A DNA stretch of 64,000 bases from Takakia lepidozioides (lineage: Eukaryota; Plantae; Bryophyta), in the NCBI GenBank assembly GCA_030704615.1, contig CM060731.1, positions 7,502,001 through 7,566,000 on the forward strand, given 5' to 3'. Of this stretch, positions 26,645 to 38,882 are shown one piece after another; positions within the stretch are counted from its first letter, which is position 1, and each line of letters starts with the position of its first letter. A program made the position numbers and the translations under genes. The notes under the pieces were generated by a model that ran no database searches, was not told where the DNA came from, and saw only the letters and a list, made by a program, of their open reading frames with translations.

Positions 26645-28492
26645 GTCTGGCTGTCTTCTTGTATGGTCTGAAGTAGTTTGAAAGTAGCTCAGTAATAGGT
26701 TCTTCTAAGCAAGCTATGAAAATGCATTGCCCAAGAGTTACCTCCTGGAGTTTAGAAGGTACTTAAGAGGGTCGGCTAGGTCTTAGGAGGCTGTGTTTAA
26801 AGTGTAGCTGCTCAGCTGCAAGCTGGTGGTATTCACAGACCAACCCAAGATAACTGGACTACAGACATAAGCAGCGCGTGACAGACAGCCTTTGGATTAT
26901 GGGTCCTTGGGTGTAAGAAAAGCTAGATGCTTCCGTGACTCAAGCGCAGACAGAATGTCGTAAGGGCCTCCTTCTTCTACTCATTTAGGCTTGTTTTGTG
27001 TTCTTACCCGATTCGCCCCTAACCTCAACTCAACCATCGGGACTTGCGTCACAAGTTCCAACCTATATGGCAAGGCTTGCATGGATTACAAGCATCTGTT
27101 TATGTCCAACTCTACTGACGACTGAAGGTCGGAGACTAGTTTTAGTGTGGAGTAATAGGGTGCCTTAATGCCACGTCATCATCAGCCCCGTCATTGCCAT
27201 CATTTGTTTTAAATCTGCCCTGCCTGCCCGAAAACTTTAAGACCTATAAAAAATAAAAATAAAAAGACGTCATCTATGCCACGTTATCTTCGCCACGTTT
27301 CGGAGGCCACGTCATCAACGTACAAGCTGCCCTGATTGCCTGAAAAAAAAAATTGAATTATGAAATTTTGGACGTGTGTGTGCTTGGAAGGCTGGCTTGT
27401 GTCCATCCATTGACAAACCTTGGAGGAGTGTTGATAGAACTCCCAAAAATCCCTCTATCTCTTCAAGCTATGCTGACATGAACCATTGTTGTGTTTTCTT
27501 CAAGCTTGCAGGCCAATTGAAAGACAAATGAAGAATTCCGCGAAGAAGATGCGAAAGAAGAACGTGTAGTGCTAATGCCAAGTGGACAACGTGCCAAAAG
27601 GTTAGATAATCTCTACTCCTACTTTCCTCCCTAAATCCTCCAGCTGCTGCTTCTTCTCCGCCTTCACATCTCTACAAAAGATCTCTGAAGTTCTCCAATA
27701 CCCACGATGCTCCAAAAACCACCCAGGATCCTCCATGCCAGATTCATGCTCTCCGAACCTGACAAGCTCCCAGACTTGTCCAAACTTACATATCATCCTA
27801 CTCTCATTGCCCCAACTAGACCAAATTGCACGTTTTGAAATGCACTGTATCCTTTCCATGTGGAAAATCCAATTCACCACAAAACTCAAGTGAACGATCA
27901 ATACTCTAGTGTAGCCCGTTTAGGAGGATGTGCATTACCAGTGGTTTCAAATATATGGAACATGATCATCAAACAAGTACTCTACATACACAACCTCCGT
28001 CCTTGCATCATCTGCAGCATAACAAAGGCCCGATCATCTCAAAATACAATTCCACTCTGCAGTGAAACCTAGTCTACAACATATGGACAGGGGTCTTTCT
28101 TGCACCATTGAGACTGAAGAGGTGACTATTTAGGACAGAAGCAGCATGAAGCAGTGTGTGGGGACAGGCATATTGAAGAGAACAACAAGAGAGATGACTG
28201 TGGGCCTAGCCATGTCCACGGGACGCATGGTTTTATGTGGGTAGAGAATATGGCTACAGATCACTTTAAGATCGGGAAAGAAATTAGGGGACAGCAAACA
28301 ATCTGCACATACCTCACCCCCCACGTTGTAGGACATGCAAAGATCACACCCTGCAAAAAGAAATTGGCTTGGAGGGTTGATGTGCCATGGACCCAACGCC
28401 CAACATTCCCACTGGACAGTGAAAGAACCAAGCAGCTGCCTGGTTTTAGTGAATGAAGCAAGACAATCACACCTTCCAAGTGAACCATTGTT

Positions 28493-31400
28493 TCACCAGT
28501 ACTCCCCACAAGAACAAACCCCATCTTTGAAATGGTGAAAGCGGTTTCCATCCCGTACAACAATTGCTCGCCCAACAATCTTTGAGATGAACTTGGTGGC
28601 CGTATGGCAGTCACCACACACCCGAAGGTTCTTGATGATACGAAGAGGTGTCCCTGCAGCCGTGCTGATAAGCCCAAAAGCGATGGCCAGCTTCTCACTG
28701 TGGTGGCAAAGAGAAAATTCCTTGTGCTCCTCCTCCACATCATGCAACACAAAGCGTGTGTCAGGCACGTACCCTGACTCCCTCATCTGCCCAGACAATC
28801 TTCTCAGCTCAGCATGGATTTCCTCAATTTGTGGATGCAATTTGTCATCTACCACAAATGTGTGCACTCCATTGCCAACCTCGATGCAGCAGCGACCTGG
28901 CTGCTTTCTGACACCTCTAACTTTCATCATTTTTCTTACCTTTGCTGTGTCATTCCACCTGCCAGCTACGGCATAGATATTTGATAGCAACACATAGGTT
29001 GCAGCATCCTGTTGATCCCACTTGAGAATAGATTTCGCCGCATGTTCTGCCACCTCCACATTCCCATGAATTCTGCAGGCACCAAGCAAGGCTTTCCACA
29101 CCACAGCATTTGGTTGGACTGGCATTTTGTTAATAAAGTCCTCAGCCTCATCCAATCGCCCTGCACGCCCAAGAAGGTCCACCATGCAGCCAAAGTGCTC
29201 CACTGTACGACTGAGGCCATGATCTCGACTCAGAGAATCAAAGTAGTGTCTGCCTTCATCCACTAGGCCCCCATGGCTACATGCTTGGAGAACACATATA
29301 AAGGTGATACTGTTCGGCTTCAAGCCTTCCTTTTGCATTCTATCAAATAGTTGCAGGGCCTCCCTACGACAACCATGCTGGGCATATCCTGCGATCATTG
29401 CACTCCATGACACCACATCTCGCTCAGTCATCCTGTCAAACACTTCCTTTGCATCCTTGATGCTCCCACATTTGGCATACATGTCCACAAGAGCAGTGTC
29501 CAGCATAATATTCGGTACAATTCCAGCTTTCATGATGTCCGCATGGACCTCTTTGCCCTTTCCCAGAGCTGCCAGGCAGGCACACGCATTGCAAACACAA
29601 ATGAATGTGACCTGATCGGGCTTCACCCCTTCCTGCATCATTTGCTCATAGGTCTCCAAAGCCTCCATCCCGCACCCATGCTGGACATATCCTGCAATCA
29701 TCACACTCCATGACACCACATTTCGTTCAGTCATATTGTTGAACACTCCCATTGCATCCTTGATGCTCCTGCATTTGACATACATGTCCATGAGGGTATT
29801 GTTCAGAATAATATCTGGTACAATTCCAGCTTTCATGATCCCAGCATGGACACCTCTGCCATTATCCAGGGCTGCCAGGCTTGCACACGTGGTGCAAACG
29901 CAACCAAATGTGACCTGGTCGGGCTTCACTCCTTCCAACAACATTTGCTCATAAATCTCCAAAGCCTCAAGTCTGCACCCATGCTGGGCATATCCTGCAA
30001 TCATAGCACTCCATGACACCACATTTCGTTCTGCCATATTGTTGAACACTCTCTTTGCATCCTGAATGCTCCCACATTTGGCATACATGTCCACGAGGGT
30101 ATTGTTTAGAATGATATCTGGTACAATTCCAGCTGTCATGATGACAGCATGGACCTCTTTGCCCTTTTCCAGGGCTGCCAGGCTCGCACACGCACTGCAA
30201 ATGCAAACAAATGTAACCTGGTCAGGCTTCACCCCTTCCCGCATCATTTGCTCATAGGTCCACAAAGCCTCCATCCCGCATCCATGCTGAGCATATCCTG
30301 CAATCATTGCGTTCCATGACACCACATCTCGTTTAATCATTCTGTCAAACACTCCCTTTGCATCTTTGATGCTCCCGCATTTGGCATACATGTCCAAAAG
30401 GGTACTCTCCAAAATCATATCTGGCACAATTCCAGCTCTTATGATGACAGCATGGACATCTTTGCCCTTCTCTAGGGCTGCAAGGCTCGCACACGCTTTG
30501 AGAACACAAATGAACGTGACCCGGTTTGGCATCATCCCTTCCTGCATCAGTTGCTCATACATCTCTAAAGCCTCCATTCCACAACCCCCCTGTGCATATC
30601 CTGCGATCATCACGTTCCAGGACACCACATCTCGTTTAGCCATATTGTCAAACACTCCCTTTGCATCCTTAATGCTCCCACATTTGGCATACATGTCAAC
30701 GAGGGTGGTATTCAGAATCATATTTGGTACAATTCCAGCTTTCACAATGTCAGCATGGACCTCTTTGCCCTTTTCCAGGGCTCCCAGGCTAGCACATGCA
30801 TTGCAAACAGAAACGAATGTGACCTGATTGGGCTTCACCCCTTCCCGCATCATTTGCTCGTAGGTCTCCAAAGCCTCTATCCCACACCCATGCTGGGTAT
30901 ATACTGCAATCATTGCACTCCATGAGACCACATCTCGTTCAGCCATATTGTCGAACACGACCTTTGCATCCTTCATGCTCCCGCATTTGGCATACATGTC
31001 AACAAGGGTAGTACTCAGAATCATATTTGGGACAATGCCAGCTTTAATGATGTCTGCATGGACCTCTTTACCCCGTTCCAGGCCTGCCAGGCAGGCACAC
31101 GCCTTGAGAACACTAACAAACGTGACCTGGTCGGGCATCACACCTTCCTCTATCATTTGCTCATAGGTCTCCAAGGCATTCCTACCACACCCATGCTTGG
31201 TATATCCTGCCATCATTATAGTCCATGAAAACATATTCCGTTTAAGCATTTTGTCAAACACTCGGTGTGCATCCTCGATGCTCCCACATTTGACATACAT
31301 GGTGACAAGGGTGTTGTTTAGAAACACGTTTGGCTTAAATCCACTTTGGATAATGTGGGCATGCACTTGCTTTCCGGCTGCTAGGGCTTTCATCTTGATG

Positions 31401-32068
31401 CACTTATGCAAGAGACAGAGATAAGTATCAGAATCTGCTGAAATGACTCCTTGGGACAACATGTGCAGAGCCTCTTTCAGTTGTCCTGCCTCACATAGTG
31501 TTCTCACATTCCCACAATTGCTGGAAGAGATATTGTGGACTCCCTCTCTTGGTCCTCTTTCCGAAGCAATGGTTGAGCTGACTGACTTTATCAACTTGTC
31601 AAACACTCGGTGTGCATCCTCGATGCTCCCACATTTGACATACATGGTGACAAGGGTGTTGTTTAGAAACACGTTTGGCTTAAATCCACTTTGGATAATG
31701 TGGGCATGCACTTGCTTTCCGGCTGCTAGGGCTTTCATCTTGATGCACTTATGCAAGAGACAGAGATAAGTATCAGAATCTGCTGAAATGACTCCTTGGG
31801 ACAACATGTGCAGAGCCTCTTTCAGTTGTCCTGCCTCACATAGTGTTCTCACATTCCCACAATTGCTGGAAGAGATATTGTGGACTCCCTCTCTTGGTCC
31901 TCTTTCCGAAGCAATGGTTGAGCTGACTGACTTTATCAACTGTGCTGCTGCTTCTGCTTCCAGTTGATCATCTACCCATGCAGGCTTCTTGTAGCTACCA
32001 ATCCACAGAGAATCATTGGTACTCTTGTGCTTCCCACACTCTTGGATGGATCTGGACCCACACGTCAT
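28493..32068 (-). CDS. PLS-class PPR-E-DYW organellar C-to-U RNA editing factor (main exon)
   Basis: 1191-aa open frame with P-L-S triplets, PG box (PGRCCIEV), intact HSEK...CGDC zinc/deaminase motif and C-terminal EYW. Confidence 0.95.
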   Translation of the reverse strand: MTCGSRSIQECGKHKSTNDSLWIGSYKKPAWVDDQLEAEAAAQLIKSVSSTIASERGPREGVHNISSSNCGNVRTLCEAGQLKEALHMLSQGVISADSDTYLCLLHKCIKMKALAAGKQVHAHIIQSGFKPNVFLNNTLVTMYVKCGSIEDAHRVFDKLIKSVSSTIASERGPREGVHNISSSNCGNVRTLCEAGQLKEALHMLSQGVISADSDTYLCLLHKCIKMKALAAGKQVHAHIIQSGFKPNVFLNNTLVTMYVKCGSIEDAHRVFDKMLKRNMFSWTIMMAGYTKHGCGRNALETYEQMIEEGVMPDQVTFVSVLKACACLAGLERGKEVHADIIKAGIVPNMILSTTLVDMYAKCGSMKDAKVVFDNMAERDVVSWSAMIAVYTQHGCGIEALETYEQMMREGVKPNQVTFVSVCNACASLGALEKGKEVHADIVKAGIVPNMILNTTLVDMYAKCGSIKDAKGVFDNMAKRDVVSWNVMIAGYAQGGCGMEALEMYEQLMQEGMMPNRVTFICVLKACASLAALEKGKDVHAVIIRAGIVPDMILESTLLDMYAKCGSIKDAKGVFDRMIKRDVVSWNAMIAGYAQHGCGMEALWTYEQMMREGVKPDQVTFVCICSACASLAALEKGKEVHAVIMTAGIVPDIILNNTLVDMYAKCGSIQDAKRVFNNMAERNVVSWSAMIAGYAQHGCRLEALEIYEQMLLEGVKPDQVTFGCVCTTCASLAALDNGRGVHAGIMKAGIVPDIILNNTLMDMYVKCRSIKDAMGVFNNMTERNVVSWSVMIAGYVQHGCGMEALETYEQMMQEGVKPDQVTFICVCNACACLAALGKGKEVHADIMKAGIVPNIMLDTALVDMYAKCGSIKDAKEVFDRMTERDVVSWSAMIAGYAQHGCRREALQLFDRMQKEGLKPNSITFICVLQACSHGGLVDEGRHYFDSLSRDHGLSRTVEHFGCMVDLLGRAGRLDEAEDFINKMPVQPNAVVWKALLGACRIHGNVEVAEHAAKSILKWDQQDAATYVLLSNIYAVAGRWNDTAKVRKMMKVRGVRKQPGRCCIEVGNGVHTFVVDDKLHPQIEEIHAELRRLSGQMRESGYVPDTRFVLHDVEEEHKEFSLCHHSEKLAIAFGLISTAAGTPLRIIKNLRVCGDCHTATKFISKIVGRAIVVRDGNRFHHFKDGVCSCGEYW
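31251..31940. repeat. Exact in-frame 345-bp tandem duplication
   Basis: 31251-31595 equals 31596-31940; LIKSVSSTIAS...DAHRVFDK appears twice in the protein. Confidence 0.95.
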
Positions 32069-34135
32069 TCCCTGCCTCCTTCAGCTATCCCTGCCCTGAC
32101 AAACAATAATGTATAAATCCTCTCCTCTTGCTGCTAGCAAACACACGACAGACGGCGACGACGACCCAAATTTTATCTAGCAAACACCCCAACCTACTTG
32201 AGACACTACTTCCTATGCTGAATCACTGACAAGACTTTGAAAATGTCTTGGGAAGAGAGGGAGGATCACTACGAAAGCATTTCACCGTATCTTGTTGCCT
32301 GCTTCTGCTTTAACATAACAGGCGTTCACCTTTCTGTCTCGATTGTCCCACAATTGACTAGGGATTGAAGAATATTCCTTCCACAGCTTCCCCTCCTCAC
32401 TGTTATTTGTTTTTGGATATTTGCCTGCAACCCATTGGCTGTAACGTGTCAAAAACACTCGGAACCAGCATGGATACACTCGATGAGCTAACTTACAATG
32501 ATTAGAAAAACTAAGGATAATATGATAAGAGGACAAAACAAGCCTAAACAAGTTGAAGAAGAAGGCACCCTCACCACTTTGTGCTTGACCGTGTGCCATG
32601 GAAGCAAACATTTCTTTAACCCAAGGAGGATTCAACCAACACTCAGTCCAAAGGACCTCTTGTACAGACTGCTTATGTTTGTAGTCTGGTGATCTTGGAT
32701 TGATCTGTCAAAACCACCAGGGTGCAGCTGAGCAGCCATAGTTTTAAGCACATCGTCCTAACACCCAGCAAACCCTTCCGGTACCTTGTAAAGTAACAGG
32801 AAAAATCTTGGGCAATGCATTTTCATGGCTTGCTTAGGACGAACAAACTATGAAACCGACAGGAAGAGTCACTTATGCAGAACAGACAAACTCCTTCACA
32901 TCATGCCTGCAGAAAGCTGCACCTTGCCATTCCACCATTGTGAAGGATCTTTAAAGCACTCTTGCCAGCACTGTTCCATGCTCCATGGTTGACCTTCATT
33001 CCAGATACTCCAAGAGCATCAAAACTTTGATAGGTTCTTTTATGGGGAGTATTAGTGTAGTTCTTGACAACATCCATGCAAGTCACTCTGGGCTCAATCT
33101 GAAGTAGCACCATGAGGAACATACAAGTGTATCCACACTTGCTAAATAAGCTTGTGCATTACACGGTTGCCCCTCTAGTAAGGCTCATTGTGAGTCACAC
33201 TCACTTGTGTCCTCAAGGTTCAAAGGACCTCCACCATCTGCGCCAGAATCAAAACCACAATATGATATCTTCCCGCCATCACCACCATACTGTTCTCGAC
33301 CTTATGTTAGTTTTCTTTCGCCCAATGAGGATTGAACCAACCCCTCTATCCACATGACCTCTTGTATACACTGTAGTATGGAGATTGTGCATTCACTGTG
33401 AGAACCACCAGGATACAGATGAACAACCACAGTTATTCCAAGCCAACTCTCCCCAGTACCTTTCCCACTACAGTGGAGAATCCTTAGGCAACCTACTTTC
33501 TCGCCCTGCTTGAATAAAATTTCCTACGATAATGATAGTAAGTTCTGCTTTTTCAAAACAAACCGAGATTCAAAGTCAACTCAACAACAAGGGGTATAAT
33601 CCAGTCCACCAAATATCATTACACCAGAGTCCTCAAAATCCTTCTATAACGGACTACTTCACTCCAAATGAAGAAAGCGCACCTTGCTACCGCTGTATTC
33701 CCACCATTGTGAAGGATCTTCAAAGTACTCCTGCCATTCCATGCTCCAGCGTTGACCTACATTCAACAAACCAGAAGGTCGAAGAGGACGGTTAAGTCCT
33801 TATCTACTTCATCGACCAAATTAGATTGGTTTGGGCTCCCAAACCTGGATCCTACAACGCACACAACACAGCAAATTCAGAAAAGAAACCGCAGAGCATT
33901 TCGTATTATTACCTAATTTCATTGACATTCCCAAAGGTTTGGGAAGCGCCATAGCCACCATTTGCAAGGTACTCCGTTCTTGGCGCATTGCCAAACGGGA
34001 TGTCGCTATGTGCTTCCCAGCCCAGCCCTCTAATCCGCACGATGTGAAGCCTCTCCAATGACCGAATTGAGAAGACGGGGCCCTGGCTATGGAGTCCGCA
34101 TGAGCACTTGGGAGGACGCCGGAGCACGTTGCCAT
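32052..34135 (-). other. Upstream exons of the PPR-DYW gene: transit peptide and PDF-motif exons, apparently damaged
   Basis: ATG at 34135 (MATCSGVLPS...). Exons end WQEYFEDPSQWWEYSGSK|GT (about 33680), WQECFKDPSQWWNGK|GT (about 32923) and LWKEYSSIPSQLWDNRDRK|GT (about 32330). Apparent frameshift just after the acceptor at about 32052. Confidence 0.6.
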
Positions 34136-34792
34136 CCCCACCAGTCAGTGAGGAAAGATCATCAAGCTTCAAGGATCACCCATATTCCATTTCTACGGAT
34201 CTTTATTTCGCCATCTCCATAGTACGTGCCAATCTCTCTCCCTCTCTTTCTCTAACTCTGTCCATTCCGCCAAACGTCACCAATCCCCACCAAAAGGACA
34301 TCCTCTGAGCATGCCGCAATCCGCATCAGTAACATTGCATGAGAGCTCAAACCAGAGCAAGCAAGAGATCAAGGACCTAGTGTTCCATGTAGTTCAACTA
34401 ACTTAGAATTGAAGGGCGGACCCACCCTCAAACTGCACGAAATCATCCAGGGTTTAGGGTTTAAGGTCGCATTTTGGGGTTTAGGGGTCAGCCTTGGAGT
34501 GAAAGAGACGATAATTTGTTTGAAATGCCCTCACTCCCAGTTTGTCCTGATGTATTTCCATGGGCACCTGGGGGTGCCCAAACAAGCCTCCCACATCGGC
34601 CCTGTAGAGCTTCAAAGACTTGGTTGTACACTCTGTACGTGACGCTTGTGAATTTTCCGAACCACATTGCTTGAAGTTTGCTTCAAACAGTTTCCTGCCG
34701 ACTGTTTTAAATTTTTTAGAACCCATGATTTCCCTACATAATATGATTGATAATAATAAGTAAGGTAGCGGTATCTTAAAGTGTGTCTTTAA

Positions 34793-35567
34793 CCCCTAAA
34801 GGCCGGTGCGACCCGATCGGGTCGCAGCCATTTTTATCCACGAATAGCTTCCGTGGATGTACTTGGATGAAAAAAGTTGCCGAAGGAAAGGTGAGCGCAA
34901 CGTGGAGCTGCGCGCGAGGGAATCTATTGCGCCCCCATCGGACAAAATCTCAGGCCGCCACGATTTTTCTAAGCCCTCGAATCCATGACCAGGGCCCGTT
35001 GACATGCCACGTGGCAGTAACTGTGTGCACCCTTCTACACTTGTGCTTTTGGATTTTTCTAAAATCAATTTCACATTCCTGTTCAACTTTGGGCAATGCA
35101 GGATTGCACCAGAGGAAAGTGCATTTGGTTACAATGTGCAGGATGTATGCAACATTTTCTTTGTCACTGCCAAGTGCATCCCCCCTAAAACCAGCTAGTA
35201 GATTTTTTTGGAATTTGGTCCTCCAATTTCAGGAGGAAATCTCTAACCCACCAAGGAATTTGTCTAAGTTGGTCCGGACTGAACAAAAAAAATTGTGATG
35301 GTAAATTTCCTTGGTTAAAGTGATTTTTTCTGTCTACATTTGCTTGGACTTGATAAATCCACCATGGTAATTTGTTATAATCTCCCTAAATTGACGGTCA
35401 TTTCTTCTGAAATTCGGTTAGTAGCTGCGTGGAGTAGGTAAGAACCAGTTAGTACGGTTCAACGGTTCAATTCCCTGGATGAACCCCTGCTGGCAGATAC
35501 GGGGTTATTCATGACAGTGGGTCCCATTGTTGGGCTATTTTCCAATTTGGCTCCTGGCGCTTAGGGG
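34793..35567. mobile_element. Non-autonomous piggyBac-type element (775 bp)
   Basis: TTAA|CCCCTAAAGGCCGG ... CCTGGCGCTTAGGGG|TTAA (TTAA at 34789-34792 and 35568-35571). No ORF. Confidence 0.8.
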
Positions 35568-36299
35568 TTAAGCACTATACACTGCTCAAAAGGTGCAATG
35601 TCACAAAAATTACATGGGCAGATCAGCAAATGAAGCAACAAATTCTTTATGCAAAACACAAAATTTTCCGTTCACAGATGTAATATACATGATTATCAAA
35701 GTTAAGGTACACATTATCCCACTTCTACTCAATAGGTCCCCCTGAATGCAATATATTCCTCCTTGATATAAGCATAAAGGTGCCATGTGTGCACATACAT
35801 TGATCCCCAAAACTATCCAAAACCAAGCCATGTACGTGATCAGAGCCAACTGCCTCTCACCGTGGAATTGCGTCCAACTACCTATAATAATGAACGCCAC
35901 TATACCTAATACTAAGACCCAGAACCCACGGAAGGATCTAGAACTTTCCTTGCATGGATGACGATCTGTACAAAAATTGAGCATACACATAGCATATATG
36001 AACCCTAAGTTTGCCATGAATTGTCCGACAACACGTCATACATGGCCATCTCAGAACCGTAAACTAGTTGACCCGTGTACACCAGCCTCCCTCGTTTCTA
36101 GTTCTCCCGCCATCCCTGTGCAGCTCCTGCCACAGACCAGCTCTGCTCGTCGGTTACTTAACTTACTTACTTAGATCCATGGTGCCTCCCTTATGCTGCC
36201 TCTCGTTGCCCGATCACACTCCTCAATGGTGTCACGTGCGGGACCCCACGTAACTGCTCTCCGTGTGCCTAGGCAGGAGCCACAGTGACAAGCTAGCTG

Positions 36300-38030
36300 C
36301 TATCTTCACTTGCCTTCTTTGCTCGACGTCGTCGTATTGCCATGGCTTGGTTATGCCTGCAGATTAGGGGTGTCGATCCACAGAACGGGGCATGGTGCCT
36401 GAAAGGCCCTCCCGACTTCAATAGTGCATGCAGGTGATTGCCATACTCCCCCAATGCCTTGTTTGTCCACTGTGCGTCATACGCTGTTTTTGGCTGCAGC
36501 TTCTGCCTTTCTGATCCGAGTTGCCTCTTGTTTGTCTAATTTCTCTACCGCCCTCTTCTCTCGTGCAATGCGCTGGTCCTCTTGTTTCTTCACTTTAGCT
36601 GCAACTGCTTCTGCTTTGAGTCGTGCTTTCTGCTCTAGGGAATTGACGTAGTCGTCGCTAGTCATAATTATGGATTTAGAATAATCGATCAAAATTTGTC
36701 CATCTTGAGTCACTCGCCTTCTGTTGGGTGCAGGAGCCTCTGGTTGGGTGAGGAAACGTGTTATACGGTTCGGACCCGTGTATGCAAGCATTGACAGTTC
36801 CCGATCGGGGGGAAGCGGTTGAGACTCCTGGCTGCTTGCAGGGATATCCTCATCAACAACCTCATTTGTGGGCTCCTCATCGTGACCTCCATCTGTACAT
36901 AATAGTGCATACACTCTTCTTGGGTTTCGGAAACCATATTGCCAATCACCTCCTCAATAGCTGGATCTGGTCTCTAGTCCTCATCTGATGCCTGATCGTC
37001 AACGCAGCTGGTGTGATCTTCATTTGTTGCAGGTGGCTCTTGTGCAAAACTAGATGATGGGCCCATCTTGTTTGCCATGGCAGTAGGCCTCAGAGGCCAA
37101 ATCCCTGTGGTTCACTTCTGACAATGCTTTTTTCAGTCCCAAAGAAACCCATTGCGCTAGATTCTCTTTCTTGGCTGTCTTCCCTTTGTTTGCTATACTC
37201 CACATGTCCCATAGTTCCAAAACGCAGACTTGAAAGGCTTGAACACGGAGACATCTAGAGGTTGCAGTGCGTGCGACGTGTGGGATGGCAACGTGATCAG
37301 ATCCAACCCAACGGACCTAGCTTCATGGACAACATTGATTGTCACATGGCTATTATGGCCATCAAGGATCATCAGGTTCTTCTCTCCTGTGTAATCTCAT
37401 TCCCCATGCTTCTCACTGCTGCAATAAAATGTAGGATCCATCTGGAAAATAGGATCCGTGTCATCCAGGCTTTTTCTTGCATTGCCATTGTGGCTCCTGT
37501 CTCACATCGCTCAATATAGTTGCGACGAAACCATTTGCCTTTGAAGATATAAAAAATAGAAATTGAACTACCTGCTGCATTGATGCAGGTTGATACAGAG
37601 AGCCACTTTCTCTCGTCTGGACAAATGGAGTGCACCTGGCGAGATCCAGTCTTTGCGAGTACTATGGCCCCTCCATTTCTTCCTGCCTGCGCCCCCGACT
37701 CATCGCAGTTCCAGATCCGAGATTCATCATAGTTGTTTCTGTTGTACATATCACCTAGGTTAGTGTAGAAGCTGTCAACATTCTCTTGGCAGAGGCCCTT
37801 CGCCCTTCCCTGCTCCAAACCTTGAGCAACTCGTAGGCTTAGATGAGGGTACCTCTTCCTAAACCAACGCAGCCATCCAAAACCGGGTATTCCATTCACA
37901 AACGGTGTAATTCTTATCTGGCAAATCTCTGCCACCTTCAATCTGATTTGAGTTAGTGTCAATGGTGCCCTACATCTTGCATTCTCTCAATGTATGCCAC
38001 CAATAGTTGTTCTTCTACGTCCGTCGAGAG
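36300..38030 (-). pseudogene. pogo/CENP-B-like DDE_1 transposase, 5' end cut by Mutator-like element 1
   Basis: GWLRWFRKRYPHL (Tc5 HTH), RIWNCDESG, CINAAG, LMILDGHNSH, LPSHTSHALQPLDV. Frameshifts in the 3' half. Confidence 0.9.
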
Positions 38031-38289
38031 GGGGTTGCTATTCCATGAGCTCATGAGCGGTGAGCTCATGAGCTCATGAGCGGGCATGGCTAACCCATGA
38101 GCCGCAAAGTAACACACTTCGAATTTCGGCAGATTTTTTTCGGGCCAAAAACTATAAAATAATCAAAAATCGAAGATTTCCGCGCTCATGCTGGAAGCAC
38201 TCCGCTCATGAGTACCAGTGTACGCTCATGACTTGGAGCCCAGGCTCATGGACCGCCAGGCCAGGTCATAGAATAACAGAATTCTGGGC

Positions 38290-38760
38290 AATAACGGCAC
38301 CGAAATTATCCCAGAGGCAGAGACGCAAGCGGAATTAGGATCCGGGTTTGCAGACTCCGAAAACGCAATGGCGACCTATAACCGTGGATAGTACTATTGC
38401 AGAAGTGCAGGATGGTTGGGTATAACGACGCCGTAATTGGGCACAGGAAAAGAAATAGCGCGCTGAAGGCTCGGGAGTGAAGCCAACAACGGTGAAAGTA
38501 ATTGGGCTCTGCCACCCAAATACCCGGCTGCATCCTCCGGAGTGCAGGCGATAACGGCGCCGAAATGGGCCCCGGAAACCAAATACTCGGCTGAAGCCAC
38601 CGGAGTGCAGCCGATAACGGCGCCGAAATTGGGTCCGGAAACCAAATACCCGGCTGAAGGCTGGGGATTGCAACCAATAACGGCGCCGAAATTGACCTGC
38701 GGAAACAAAAATTCTCGGCTGAAGCTTCCGCACTCCATGTAATAACGGCGCCGAAATTGG
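38290..38760. repeat. Subterminal ATAACGGCGCCGAAAT array, about 63-65-bp period
   Basis: Copies at about 38291, 38421, 38551, 38614, 38677, 38742. Confidence 0.9.
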
Positions 38761-38882
38761 GCGTCGGAGAGCAAATACCCGCCTTACGGTGAGGGAGGCC
38801 TTGCTCTCATTTTGCTCTTCACTCTTCTCTGTTGTGCCCATCATCTCCTCCCTGCTTTGAGTTCGTGCTGTGTCGTGAGGCC

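Noticed and set aside
28493-28900. U-to-C (DYW:KP) editing domain
   Set aside because: It has a PG box, HSEKLAIAFG and terminal EYW typical of C-to-U DYW domains.
22018-31769. Plus-strand ORFs overlapping the PPR genes
   Set aside because: They are antisense shadows of the repetitive PPR coding frame.
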